Source of the DNA: a virus
Taxonomy: Duplodnaviria; Caudoviricetes
Direction: 5' to 3' (one strand)
IMG/VR virus record: IMGVR_UViG_3300029169_000003
Coordinates: 1-56,856 of that record
Length of the DNA: 56,856 bases
How positions within the stretch are numbered: position 1 is the first letter of the stretch; each line of letters starts with the position of its first letter. A program made the position numbers and the translations under genes. The notes beneath the pieces were generated by a model. It worked only from the letters and a program-made list of their open reading frames with translations, had not been told where the DNA came from and ran no database searches. Shown here piece by piece: positions 30,259 through 41,200 of this stretch.

Positions 30259-31464
30259 TTACGCAGGGAATACAAAGTTACGCAAACGAGCGATAGCGTA
30301 AGGGTTATGGGAAACAAAGTTTCCGAACCAATCCATACGCGTCCGACGAATGTTAGGACCTTGCAGTTCACCTAAGTCGCGAGCCGAGAATCCAGCCATC
30401 GTTCCTAAGAATTCACCAGTATCGGCACCAGGACCATCAGGATTCTGGTGGTAGACAGAAGTAAAACCATCTTCCGTGTCGTACTTGACTGCGTAGATAA
30501 CCCGTTCGTCAGCCTGACCCGAAGTATCAGCACCTTGAAGAGTTAGAGATGCAGCAGTACCATCAGAAAACTCACCACCAGTTGTCAACGTTGCAACACC
30601 AGTAGAGAAGTTAACGGATGCAATAGTATCACTATCAGTTCCGTCAGTGATCGTTTTGTTTACGTCAGCCTGTGAGAACCCACCAAAACCATTATCGGCA
30701 GCAGCTTTAGTTACAGTCGTACCAGTACCACCAACGGTTGCACCAGTCAGAACTTTATCTTCTGCAATGATATCTAAAGTTATCCAAGGTATACCGTTGA
30801 AGGTTAATACCGGACGACCAAAGCGTTCATCCATGATATACTGTGGAGTGTTTCCTGGTAAGTCGGCAAGCAACTCCATAAACTCTACAGTGGTTTTGTT
30901 ATCTGCATATATAACGTCAAAACCGTCATACTTAGTCCGAAGCAGTAAATCATAAAGTAAACCAGCAGAGAACGTTGCACCCGCTGCATCAAAGTCTTGG
31001 TTCGTAAACCCTACACTATTCCAGTAATCTACCCAATAGTCCAAACCATTCGCATGGTTATCGTAACCCATACCGCGAACATACTGTTCTTGGAAATCGA
31101 AAGCCAGCTTTTTCGCAGCGGCCATGATATCGGCGGCTCTCTGACTGTTGATGTTGGATTTGCCTAAGATCGAGATCTTTGGAGTATCTGCGTTGCGAGC
31201 TAACATCCGAGTAGGAATTGCAAGACGCGTACGCGTTCCAACACCTTCTACCAAGTCAGTCGTGGAGAACGGATCTCCAACAGACGCACCGGAAGCAACG
31301 GTTGCTTCGTAGTTAAAATCATAAGTCGTTCCTTCGAACGCCTTGAAAGGTAACTGTGCAAATAAATCACGAGCACCTTTCTTCCGAATTACTTCAACGA
31401 CACCGCGAAGTAATGCGGGTACTGTAAGTTTGTTAGCTTCTGCTAACGAATGAATTGTAGCCAT
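30259..31464 (-). CDS. Major capsid protein (HK97 fold) with ~80-aa inserted beta domain
   Basis: Follows portal and scaffold; GAGGGG RBS; own terminator; LPFKAFEG, FGRPVLTFNGIPW, TRMDWF, AIARLRNF. Confidence 0.85.
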   Translation of the reverse strand: MATIHSLAEANKLTVPALLRGVVEVIRKKGARDLFAQLPFKAFEGTTYDFNYEATVASGASVGDPFSTTDLVEGVGTRTRLAIPTRMLARNADTPKISILGKSNINSQRAADIMAAAKKLAFDFQEQYVRGMGYDNHANGLDYWVDYWNSVGFTNQDFDAAGATFSAGLLYDLLLRTKYDGFDVIYADNKTTVEFMELLADLPGNTPQYIMDERFGRPVLTFNGIPWITLDIIAEDKVLTGATVGGTGTTVTKAAADNGFGGFSQADVNKTITDGTDSDTIASVNFSTGVATLTTGGEFSDGTAASLTLQGADTSGQADERVIYAVKYDTEDGFTSVYHQNPDGPGADTGEFLGTMAGFSARDLGELQGPNIRRTRMDWFGNFVSHNPYAIARLRNFVFPA

Positions 31465-31491
31465 AGCTCCATCCCCTCATTAATTAAATTT

Positions 31492-32589
31492 TTATGATAA
31501 ACCAGCCATAATCATATCTTTGGGATTCTTCCCTTCTAACTGGTCTTTTGGTTTTTGTTGAGGTGCTGGCGTAACGGGAGCCTTCTTAACGTTCTTGACT
31601 TTCTTAACACGTTCTATAACCTTTTTAGCAGGTTGCTTGTGTGTTACCTTTGTCTGATCTTTCCCTTCACTGTCCTCACCTTGGATTCTTAACCGAAGTC
31701 CTTCTAAATACTGTCGACCTGCATCTTTCCCAAAAACTTGAGTTATCAAACTGGCCGTATCCATGGGTGTATACCCACCTTCATTTGTTTCAGACAAAAC
31801 AGTCCTTAACATGTCCTTTTGTTCAAGATTCCTAATACCAAAAAATGACGGTACTGCGATCTCTTTCACAAAATTGTCTGCATCAGTTTTTAAGTCATCT
31901 CGTTTTTTGCTGTTTTCTAACGCGACCTTCTCTGCATCACTCTTCGCTTTCTCTCGGTCAGTCTCAGCTTTAACGCGTGCCCTTAAAAAACTTCTAAACT
32001 TTTCATCATCTTCAAAATCTTCTTCTGTCTTTCCCCTGAACTCTTCTGGGAGCAACGCCTGTATTGCTGCTTCCTCCATCACACTTTCAGGAATAGTGTC
32101 AGTATAAACTTGAAGTTTCTGCGTCACACTAACAAGACTTTCTTTGTGATCTTTAATATCACCTTCCATCTTCTTAATGTACTCATCTTTCGCTTCTACC
32201 CCCTTAAACAACTCTTCTTCTGTTTTGTAAACCGAATGGTTGCCAACATAGAAAAATTCTTTATTTGGTTCTTCATCAACTTCCTCTTCAACGACTTCTG
32301 TATCATCGTCTTCGATTTCATCAACTATCTCCTCGGACTCGTCACCTTCAACAACTTCGATGATTTCTACATCTTCATCATCAACTTCTTCTTCATCGGC
32401 AAACAGCGCTTCTAAACTGTCGTCATCGACGGGGTCAGACTCATCCGTTACTACTACTTCTTCGATTTCCGTATCCAGAGTAAGCTGGTCGGACTGTTCA
32501 GACTCATTTAACGCATCTGCTAAAAAACTCTGAGGGTCGAGGATAACACTTGTGGTATTACTCTCTGTATCTGTTACATCTTTTTTCAT
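31492..32589 (-). CDS. Capsid scaffolding protein
   Basis: Very acidic N-half, coiled coil, basic tail; between portal and capsid genes. Confidence 0.75.
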   Translation of the reverse strand: MKKDVTDTESNTTSVILDPQSFLADALNESEQSDQLTLDTEIEEVVVTDESDPVDDDSLEALFADEEEVDDEDVEIIEVVEGDESEEIVDEIEDDDTEVVEEEVDEEPNKEFFYVGNHSVYKTEEELFKGVEAKDEYIKKMEGDIKDHKESLVSVTQKLQVYTDTIPESVMEEAAIQALLPEEFRGKTEEDFEDDEKFRSFLRARVKAETDREKAKSDAEKVALENSKKRDDLKTDADNFVKEIAVPSFFGIRNLEQKDMLRTVLSETNEGGYTPMDTASLITQVFGKDAGRQYLEGLRLRIQGEDSEGKDQTKVTHKQPAKKVIERVKKVKNVKKAPVTPAPQQKPKDQLEGKNPKDMIMAGLS

Positions 32590-32626
32590 TATAATGTTCC
32601 CAATTATTCTTTATTTTTTCATAAAA

Positions 32627-34705
32627 CTAAAATGGCCGAAGTCCTTGTTGTTCTTGACTTTGCGTTAATTCAGCCCTACCTTGATCTTGGTCGTTCTGTA
32701 CATCTTGCAATAACGTCCCTAACGAATCAGCTCCTTCTAACTTAGGAAACGACGGACTCCCTCCTTGTGGTTGTTGTTGTTGGTTTAATAACAATTGTTG
32801 CTGTTCACTTTCCAACTTCAACCGCTTCTCTCTATAAACATTGTTTATCGCTTTAACATCACGCGGTAACAATAATTCGTACAATGTTTCAGGTTCCAAT
32901 GGTGCGATACCATGGATACCAGATAATATCTGTAATCGTTGTGTAAGGTCGTGCGGTAAATCGTGTCGTCCGTCGGATTCAGCCTTCATCGAAGTTGCTA
33001 CCGAATTCAACGTGAATGTAACTTCAGTCATAGCCAACCCATTCGGGTTGAATAGATTACCAGCCAACTCACGATCTGCAAACACTTCATCAAACACCGG
33101 GTCGCCATTTTCATTAAGTATTGGTACAACTCGCGTCACTCTTAAATTCAACGGTATCGACTGTTTACCTTGTCCTGGTACATCAATTGGTACGTTGACA
33201 TAATCGTTGTGATATATCTGTACTAAATTGTATACAGCTTCATATACTAATTCTTCAGCAGTTGCAAGGTATGCCAACGATGCAGACTTCGGACGATCTG
33301 TTGCCGTAATCTCCGCACGTTTACCCGAACCAGATTTGGCACGAGAGATTGCTGCGGCGTTTGGTGTTCCACTAATCTGACCGAATGCCGCTTCCTCGTT
33401 GCGTACTGCCTCAATAATAGATACCGGGAGTTGCGCGTTGTATGGGTTGAGCGGTTGAACAACTTTAGACAAATCAGGATTTTGAGATTGAGCCTGATTA
33501 CCTGAGATTACTGCAACCCCACCATCGTCTAACATCTGTTGTATTTTGAAAATATCTCCATCTCCCAACATCGACCCGTTAATAATCAATCCTTGATTCG
33601 ATGCAGCCTTTCTTGCAGACTTGTACATTATCAAGTACATCTTATTAATGAAGTCCTCGCTCACTGACATTTGTTGTGGTATCGAATACCCGTACGGATG
33701 ATCTTCACTTTTCTGAATGTAGTATGGAATGATCGGAAGTTGGATTGAACCAATTTGGATACCGCTTTCTTCGTCCTCGAAATTACCAGTAATAGTCTTT
33801 TCAACCAACTGTCCACCAACGATAACGGTCTTAATCATCACCCACTCAGTAGTGGTGGTCTCCATTACGATTTCGCCATCTTCAGCTTCCAAACTTCTTT
33901 CAACCATTACGGGTTCGATTTCCCATGTGGTTAGTATTGCGGTCAATGTCCCATCGTTGTCTGGGTCTTCATCTATTTCGTGAGGAAACTGTCCTGTTCT
34001 AATTTCCGGATTGTCATATATTCTACGTAAAGTATTTACGTCTCCACGTTCGACTAAAGAAACTCGTACCATGGTTTTGTCTAACTGACGAATACCGTGT
34101 TGCCAAAAGACATCGGGTGCATTAACGTTACACACGTCCACACGATTCGATAGAAAATCATAAGTTGCAGAATCTTGTTCGGTCCATTCCCACAAAGGTT
34201 TACGTTGTAAGTAACGTAATGCAGAACTGAAACGAGTGTCTGTCGTTTGATCTATATCAACTTTAACGTAACCGACGCCATAGATTGCTGCGTGTTTTAA
34301 TGCAGAATTTCGTACATCAGGAAAACGGTTGTCTGTTAAAATGTTTTCAACATGTCCATTAAGTACATCCTGTGTTTGGTAAGCTACCGCCGAATCTATA
34401 TACTTTTCTACGAAAGTCTTAGTATGATCGACATCGATGTTTGCAACCAACTTGGTCTTTGGTACATTTATGATAGAAAGCGCATGACGATCATCGACGG
34501 CGCGTTTAATTAAATTACGCGTAGGTATTCCAGGTTCAGAGTTACCTGAACCGGTACGACGTTCATATAAACGTTTTGAGGCATCAAAACTTGTGTGTTG
34601 ATCTCTCCAATCTTTATCTTCCTTAAAAACCGCCAACTGTCTCATGACCAAATGGTCGTCAGACATTTCAGACAATCTTTCTTCAGGTATCGCTATCGAT
34701 AACAT
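32627..34705 (-). CDS. Portal protein (P22-like podoviral)
   Basis: 692 aa after terL; RNLIKRAVD, AAIYGVGYVKV, PIIPY...PYGYS, Gln-rich C-terminal barrel. Confidence 0.85.
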   Translation of the reverse strand: MLSIAIPEERLSEMSDDHLVMRQLAVFKEDKDWRDQHTSFDASKRLYERRTGSGNSEPGIPTRNLIKRAVDDRHALSIINVPKTKLVANIDVDHTKTFVEKYIDSAVAYQTQDVLNGHVENILTDNRFPDVRNSALKHAAIYGVGYVKVDIDQTTDTRFSSALRYLQRKPLWEWTEQDSATYDFLSNRVDVCNVNAPDVFWQHGIRQLDKTMVRVSLVERGDVNTLRRIYDNPEIRTGQFPHEIDEDPDNDGTLTAILTTWEIEPVMVERSLEAEDGEIVMETTTTEWVMIKTVIVGGQLVEKTITGNFEDEESGIQIGSIQLPIIPYYIQKSEDHPYGYSIPQQMSVSEDFINKMYLIMYKSARKAASNQGLIINGSMLGDGDIFKIQQMLDDGGVAVISGNQAQSQNPDLSKVVQPLNPYNAQLPVSIIEAVRNEEAAFGQISGTPNAAAISRAKSGSGKRAEITATDRPKSASLAYLATAEELVYEAVYNLVQIYHNDYVNVPIDVPGQGKQSIPLNLRVTRVVPILNENGDPVFDEVFADRELAGNLFNPNGLAMTEVTFTLNSVATSMKAESDGRHDLPHDLTQRLQILSGIHGIAPLEPETLYELLLPRDVKAINNVYREKRLKLESEQQQLLLNQQQQPQGGSPSFPKLEGADSLGTLLQDVQNDQDQGRAELTQSQEQQGLRPF

Positions 34706-34895
34706 TTACTTCCTCTTTTTCTACTTCTATATTATGTTCACCCTCTCCAACCCCGCCAAGGATGTAGTATGCAATCTCTACTAATCTTTGTCTATAATCA
34801 AACATTGCCATATCATCTTCTTTAGTAGTTTCAAATGGTATCGTAAATTCTTTAACTAAAAAATTTTCACTTGCTTTCTTTAATCTTTCATTCAT
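34683..34895 (-). CDS. Hypothetical protein between terL and portal
   Basis: ATG 10 nt after the terL stop. Confidence 0.5.
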   Translation of the reverse strand: MNERLKKASENFLVKEFTIPFETTKEDDMAMFDYRQRLVEIAYYILGGVGEGEHNIEVEKEEVNVIDSDT

Positions 34896-34905
34896 ATTTA
34901 CATCC

Positions 34906-36726
34906 TCACATTCTTGGCAATGCTGCATTATTCCATTCGTCTTCATTAAACCCTTTAATCCATGGATCTCCGTCGTCAGGGTTTGATCTGTACGACACCA
35001 CTTTCTTAAAATGATTATCATGTATTGTCGGTACAACTTCTGGTGGTTTCTCCTGAATCTCCGGATGTGGTATTAGTTTATGGATAGCTAAACTACCGCC
35101 CAAACTCATAACCAAATCATCACGGTGCGGATCACCTTTTATATCCGTTCCTTTTTGTGCCTCATATCTACCATTGTTTCCTCGACTTATCCAGACAAAC
35201 GTAGAACATTCTTTATACAACGTTTTATCTTTCAGTCTCCACGGTTTGTGTCTTAAATCTAATCCCCACTCCTGTAACTCGTCGCACATCACCTTACGAC
35301 TTTTAGATGTTGTATCCCATCCAACACTCTGTTGAATGTTAGGATTTAACACATCCATGTTTCGTTTATGATATAAGTTGGGATAATTCTTTATTCGTGG
35401 ATCCATGATCAAGGCACCTACACCGGTCTTCTCCCACGATAATAGCGGATACCAATACCGTTGTTCGAAACTCTGTCTTGTCATTTGTGTCCATCGTATT
35501 CGATATAAATCGCATACATCCAACAATGCAGTAACATAATCTTCTCTCGGACCCCTCATGTGTACTATTGCTGCGGGTTCCATTTTAAGACGGTCGAGAA
35601 CGATTGCGGCATGCCAATCACCACGACCACCATCACCTGCGACATCACCAAAAACAATGTACCGGTTCAAGTGTGTGTGCTTAACTTCAGAATATATCCT
35701 TATACCACCCTCACTATAAACAGAAGACGATGGTATAACTTTCAATGGATCAACTAAATTCCCTTCCGCAGCCATCAAATCTTCATTTCTGAACAACCCT
35801 GTATTTGAAATGTTAGGACAAATACCTCTAACCATTCCCAAAAATAATGGATCGTTCGGACCATAACGTGCTAACCGTTTATCGATACTCTTCTGACTTA
35901 CGGCTCCCGGTATTACTGAGTGACCCGCAACAACGTTCACATGGTCGTACGAAGATATCCTCACGGACTTCGTCGATGGTAAACTTGTAAACATATGAAG
36001 ACCGTCATAAACACTCTGAGGGTTTCCCACGGCCAGTATAATATTTGTTTCTTCAATGCACGTATTAACTACTGCCTCAATAACTGGATTAGGAATACCA
36101 GGACATTCTTCCAAAATATATAACATGTATGGATCGTGGTAGCCAGCAGCCTTTGTTGCAGAGCCTTCCTCGGCCCCAACACCAACTGATAATCCTTTTG
36201 CTCTCCATGCCGGTATCTCTGGATCCATACGAATTTCAAGAGAAAGGAGTTCAGCCTTCGGATGTAACTTCTTAAAATTCTCCCAATGACCACCTACTTC
36301 CTTCCACAAATTAGATTTTAGTGATTCTTCTTTTGGTCCCAATGTTAGCACAGAACATCCGAGATATTTGTCCGCAACATCAACTTTTTTACCGTTCCGG
36401 TATTTGGCGTCAGTCTTAACTTTTTGTCCACCGTGTACCGATAAAAACCATAACAACACCCCGGCGCATAAATACGTCTTGCCCGTACCTGTACTACTTT
36501 CGACTGCGGTGTCTTCCCACTCTGCAATACTCTTCAATATAGAATACAACGGGTCGGGTGTTCCATCCCACGCGTCTGTATAGTTTCCATCTTCGTCCGT
36601 ATATATTCCTTCATACGCTGGATGCATACTCCATTTCAAAGTTTCCACCGGGATATGTAGATAATCCCTCAACCAGAACTCTGGATGTTTCTTATAATAT
36701 TTTCTCTGTAGTGGCGTTAAACCCAT
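34906..36726 (-). CDS. terL: Terminase large subunit
   Basis: Walker A VESSTGTGKT, Walker B LYILEE, coupling motif VGNP, nuclease FGDVAGDGGRGD and RDDLVMS. Confidence 0.92.
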   Translation of the reverse strand: MGLTPLQRKYYKKHPEFWLRDYLHIPVETLKWSMHPAYEGIYTDEDGNYTDAWDGTPDPLYSILKSIAEWEDTAVESSTGTGKTYLCAGVLLWFLSVHGGQKVKTDAKYRNGKKVDVADKYLGCSVLTLGPKEESLKSNLWKEVGGHWENFKKLHPKAELLSLEIRMDPEIPAWRAKGLSVGVGAEEGSATKAAGYHDPYMLYILEECPGIPNPVIEAVVNTCIEETNIILAVGNPQSVYDGLHMFTSLPSTKSVRISSYDHVNVVAGHSVIPGAVSQKSIDKRLARYGPNDPLFLGMVRGICPNISNTGLFRNEDLMAAEGNLVDPLKVIPSSSVYSEGGIRIYSEVKHTHLNRYIVFGDVAGDGGRGDWHAAIVLDRLKMEPAAIVHMRGPREDYVTALLDVCDLYRIRWTQMTRQSFEQRYWYPLLSWEKTGVGALIMDPRIKNYPNLYHKRNMDVLNPNIQQSVGWDTTSKSRKVMCDELQEWGLDLRHKPWRLKDKTLYKECSTFVWISRGNNGRYEAQKGTDIKGDPHRDDLVMSLGGSLAIHKLIPHPEIQEKPPEVVPTIHDNHFKKVVSYRSNPDDGDPWIKGFNEDEWNNAALPRM

Positions 36727-36806
36727 GTTTCTAAATTTTATTTTATATGTTTACAATGAATATATTGTTAAGTTCCTGTTAATCTACAACATATATATTG
36801 TAAAGT

Positions 36807-38198
36807 TTACCATGCTTCCACGATGTTTACCCCATAACTCCCCATGTCTGCCGTGGTGATCAACGTATCAGTTCCAGGTTTTTTAACTTGTGGTTCGTAA
36901 TACACATCATATACCCCTTCTTCGTTGTACGTCATGGGATTACCACCACGATATAGACGTCCGTTGGATGGGGAATATGTCGCTTTCTCTCCACCCCAAC
37001 CATAAGATTGTTTAACGTCGGCGTTTCCATCTTCGTCTTGGATAATCACCTTACCGCCGCTTCCTGCTTGATCATACAATATTTTATCAGTTCTTTCATG
37101 GTGAATGAATGCAGGGCCGAACGAACTTCCGAACTGCGAATCAATCAACGTTGTCTGTGCTCCATCATCCGCTTCAAACAATCGTACCTGAAAATATGTA
37201 GAACTACACCCGTACACTTGTTGAGTCTCTTCGCGACATACGGCAATTCTATCTGTTTGAGCTAAAAAATATCCAAGATTAGTTACAGTGTCGTCCAAAT
37301 TCAACCTAAACATGTCTGTACTTGTACTACCGAACGCATACACAAAGAATATGTATCCACCATAAGTCCCGGTCTCCATGACATCAAATCGAGGTATTTC
37401 GTTGGGTAATGTCGGAAACGTATAATATTCGGAATGAACGCCAGTCTTTAGATCGTATACATATAATTCGTTCCCTTCATACAACAAGTATAGTTTAAAT
37501 CTAGGACGATCTAATACCATCCACTTAAGCTCTGTACCGTCTCCCCAGAAGTCTGCAAAATCAAACAATTCAGTAATCGTTCCATCTGGATCAATTTGAT
37601 ATATACGTTCCGATTCGAACACGTCTCCTTCTCCAATAGTAACATCCGTACCACCACCAAGATTACGACCGTTAGGCGATGTTGCCATGAATAACGTTTC
37701 ATCTTCAAAATCAAATTCCATTGCCTCAACACCGGCAAAGGTAAACGACGGCGTTGTGCTAACATACCCCTGATTCACGGTCGGTTCGACACCAACAAAC
37801 GTGAACGATGGTGTTACACCTTGTAATGTTCCTCTCGTTGCTTCAATACCAATAAACGTAAACGACGGAGTTGAACCTATCCCATCAACAACGGGAAACG
37901 GTGGAGTATTTCTTATCTCCAACTTTTTTACGTTAAACGTTTTCTCTGATATAACGGTACCATCCGTACTCTGGAATTGATAGGAATATTTCCCGAATTT
38001 AGCCGGATAGTATTCGTATTGGTAAACACCTTTACTACTACGCGTTGCGGAGAACGGACCAACGGTAACACGTTCAGGTGTTAAAATATACACCACGACA
38101 CCACCGTCGACATTGACTGGTACTCTTTCACCATCTTTATATTCAGATTCCAGAATTACCTTTTCCGTTTCGTTAACAACTCGTCCTCCTACACTCAT
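36807..38198 (-). CDS. Virion fibre/decoration protein: Ig-like domain, TPSF repeats, C-terminal beta-propeller-like region
   Basis: Three TPSFTFxG(V/I)E repeats; IYQIDPDGTIT, LYVYDLKTG and MFRLNLDDTVT blades. Confidence 0.65.
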   Translation of the reverse strand: MSVGGRVVNETEKVILESEYKDGERVPVNVDGGVVVYILTPERVTVGPFSATRSSKGVYQYEYYPAKFGKYSYQFQSTDGTVISEKTFNVKKLEIRNTPPFPVVDGIGSTPSFTFIGIEATRGTLQGVTPSFTFVGVEPTVNQGYVSTTPSFTFAGVEAMEFDFEDETLFMATSPNGRNLGGGTDVTIGEGDVFESERIYQIDPDGTITELFDFADFWGDGTELKWMVLDRPRFKLYLLYEGNELYVYDLKTGVHSEYYTFPTLPNEIPRFDVMETGTYGGYIFFVYAFGSTSTDMFRLNLDDTVTNLGYFLAQTDRIAVCREETQQVYGCSSTYFQVRLFEADDGAQTTLIDSQFGSSFGPAFIHHERTDKILYDQAGSGGKVIIQDEDGNADVKQSYGWGGEKATYSPSNGRLYRGGNPMTYNEEGVYDVYYEPQVKKPGTDTLITTADMGSYGVNIVEAW

Positions 38199-38200
38199 CT

Positions 38201-41200
38201 TTATATCACCGTTCTCGATTTTCTCACAACAAACTTGTGTTCTTCCAAGACGTCTAACGCAACGTTTTGGAAACGTATATAATATTCTCCATCAACATCA
38301 AATGATGTTATATAGTCGTACACTCCAACAACATCATTAGTCATCTCAAATGGTCCTAACACTGTCTTATCTGGTTTTTTAATGAAAACAAATCCGGCAC
38401 CAGGAACGTTAGACTCATCTCCTGTTTTGTTGCTTAACGTCTTTACTCTCACCCTAATGTTTTCACCAACATGGTTTATTCCATCGAACACGACTGGAGT
38501 TACAGTAATCTTCGCAGCAAACTCGCTATAACTTTCAAGTTTAACAGAGGTAGGAGTACCAAACGATTCTTCATCTCCGTTGTTTGCCACAAACGTTATG
38601 ATTGGTGTGGATCCAACTCCGACTAATACACTGTTAGATATTTCAGACGTAAACGTTATCGTTGGGGTCAAACCCAAACCAACAACGACCCCACTACTTA
38701 CAACACCATCAACACCAACAAATGTTATGATCGGATTGATACCTGTTTGTGTTATTACTCCAAGATCTCCGACTCCGTCTTCACTGGTAAAACTAAACGA
38801 CGGTGTAAAACTGTAACCGTAGTCTGCCGTAGATGTGGGTATGCCCAAAACACCATTAAAACTAAATGATGGTGTTATACCATTAAATAACGCAGACCCG
38901 TTCACCCCACGGAATACGATATTGGGAGGCAATCCAGGATTATCCTGAATAATGATTAACGAATCTTGTGTACTACTTGTTGGGGTATCGTCGTTCCAAG
39001 TAAAGTTGTCGAATGTTAATAATGAAGAAGCTATACCAGATGGTACAGGAAGGGCTTGAAAAACCATTTCAAACAATCCACCACTACTAGATATTGGTGA
39101 AGCTGACGCCCACGCAACTACGATCTCTCCCGGTGTTGTTAAATTAACCGTTAAAGATTCTCCTGCCAACACCCCGATAGGGTTCACGGACAACGCCGAA
39201 ACCACTGTAGCTTCGTATAAAATCTTTGTTTGGAAGGATACACATCCTTGTCCTGTCGTATCGCTAGTCGTCACGTCTACCGAAAATATATCATTTTCAT
39301 AATGATTGTTCGGAAATTCGATACTGACATTTACGTCCGTTAGAAGTCCGACAGCAACCGGTAATCTAAATGATATTTCCGCCGTTTGTCCAAACCCTGA
39401 AACAATGTTTGATATGCCGTCTTCAGATGTAAACGAGATAACACCCGTTGTTGAAACTTTAGTTATCGATCCAAGAGTTATGGAGGGAGTTACTCCAACA
39501 AATGGTACTTCTGCCGTACCACCAACAACCGTTAAGTCGTCAAGTACAAACGTTCCGTCTTCACTACTAAAACTAAACGATGGCGTTGTAGCCGTTTCGG
39601 AAAATGAAATAAAATCAAAAAACCTAACAGTTGTTGGTTCAACTATATCTGTAATGTATGACGTTAGATTACTTCCGTCATAATCAGACTTATGTACAAT
39701 GTCTGTTGTATGGTCCGTGAAAAACAATTCTTCCGTACTTTCCTTAAAAGTAATGAAAGCCATTTCCGACCCACCAGTAAACACGGAGATATTGTTTGTA
39801 TTATCGTTATCTCTCCTACCAACGTTTCCTGTAGAAAAAGAAGTATACCAAAAATATGTACCATCAGAGACAACCGATACTGCATTAGTTTCCGTCAAAA
39901 GTAACGTATCGTTTGTACCATCACTATCGATTCTCCGATGTCCGTCGTCTGTACTCCAATAAATCTTATCTTCAGATTCGGAATAAAATATTCTTAATCC
40001 TGGCGTTGTATCGTTTCGTAGTGTTACCGGGTTATCGAAACCTGGGAGGTCTCGTTGTATTAAATCTGCATCATTAAATCCCTGATATAATATTTTATTA
40101 GTTGATGGTATTATTTCAACACCAATAACAACACTAATACCTGTCCCCACGGTTGAAATATTTTCACCGTATTTATCAAACTTAACAATGTTGTTTAACG
40201 CCGCAGAACATACATAAAATTCTTCATCGATAGTGTGGATAGCATGGGACGTGATTTCATCGTTGTTTATATATATCACTTCAGACGTATCATCGTCTAA
40301 ATCAATATACCTCAAACTTCCGTCACTCGTCGACGCCAACGTTAAACCTTTAAAAACTAAATCTGTCTTATCTAAAAATAACCCGACGACTCCGTCATAT
40401 CCAACACCAACGGTATCTATATCTAAATTATACGTACCAGCAATACATGAAACACTAATACCAAATGTACCAGAAGTGTGAGTGGTGTCCGTCATCTCTG
40501 CGTTCCAAACAGACGGTTCGTTATCTGTGTCTTCCCATATTCTCGCATACAACGTTGTACCTATCATTCGAATTCGAATTCGATAATAGGTGTCTGCGAG
40601 TCTAGTAAATGTTGTCCCCGTGTCTTTTAACGTGTAAGATCCTGAGTTTGCTTCGTATAGGTTAAAACCCGTATTGGAATTTAGAACAACGAGATATCCT
40701 GATTCTGTTCCTTCTCCACCAGACGCCCTCACCCAAAAACTATATTCAACATCGGTTGAAACATCGTCCTGTTTAAAACGATATGTGATATCTATATCAT
40801 CTTTATTTATAATATCGTTTTCAAGAACGACTCGGCGTGTGGTTGTTGCGACCGTTTGTAATTGAAATGATTTTCCGTCCGTAGCACCAACATCCGTTAC
40901 AACTTGTTGTGTTGTTTCTGAAGACGGGTTAGACAGAAAACTCCAATCTGGATGTTCTGTACTTACCGTACGGTCCCCAAAAGTCTCAAAATATCTTTCA
41001 GAATTATCGCCATTACCAGTCACGCCGGAAAAACTGAATGTCGGAGTCGTACCCGTTCCTACCGTTGGAGTAATCGGTATAACACCGACACCATCCACAC
41101 CCGTTAAAACAAACGACGGTGTTCTGGAAATGATATCAATACTACCACTATCTGAAGTGTTTGAAGGTGTACCCTCATTATATGTAACGTTCTCTAACGT

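Noticed and set aside
34906-36726. Inactive terminase because Walker B reads LEE rather than DE
   Set aside because: All other ATPase and nuclease motifs are intact and EE variants are plausible
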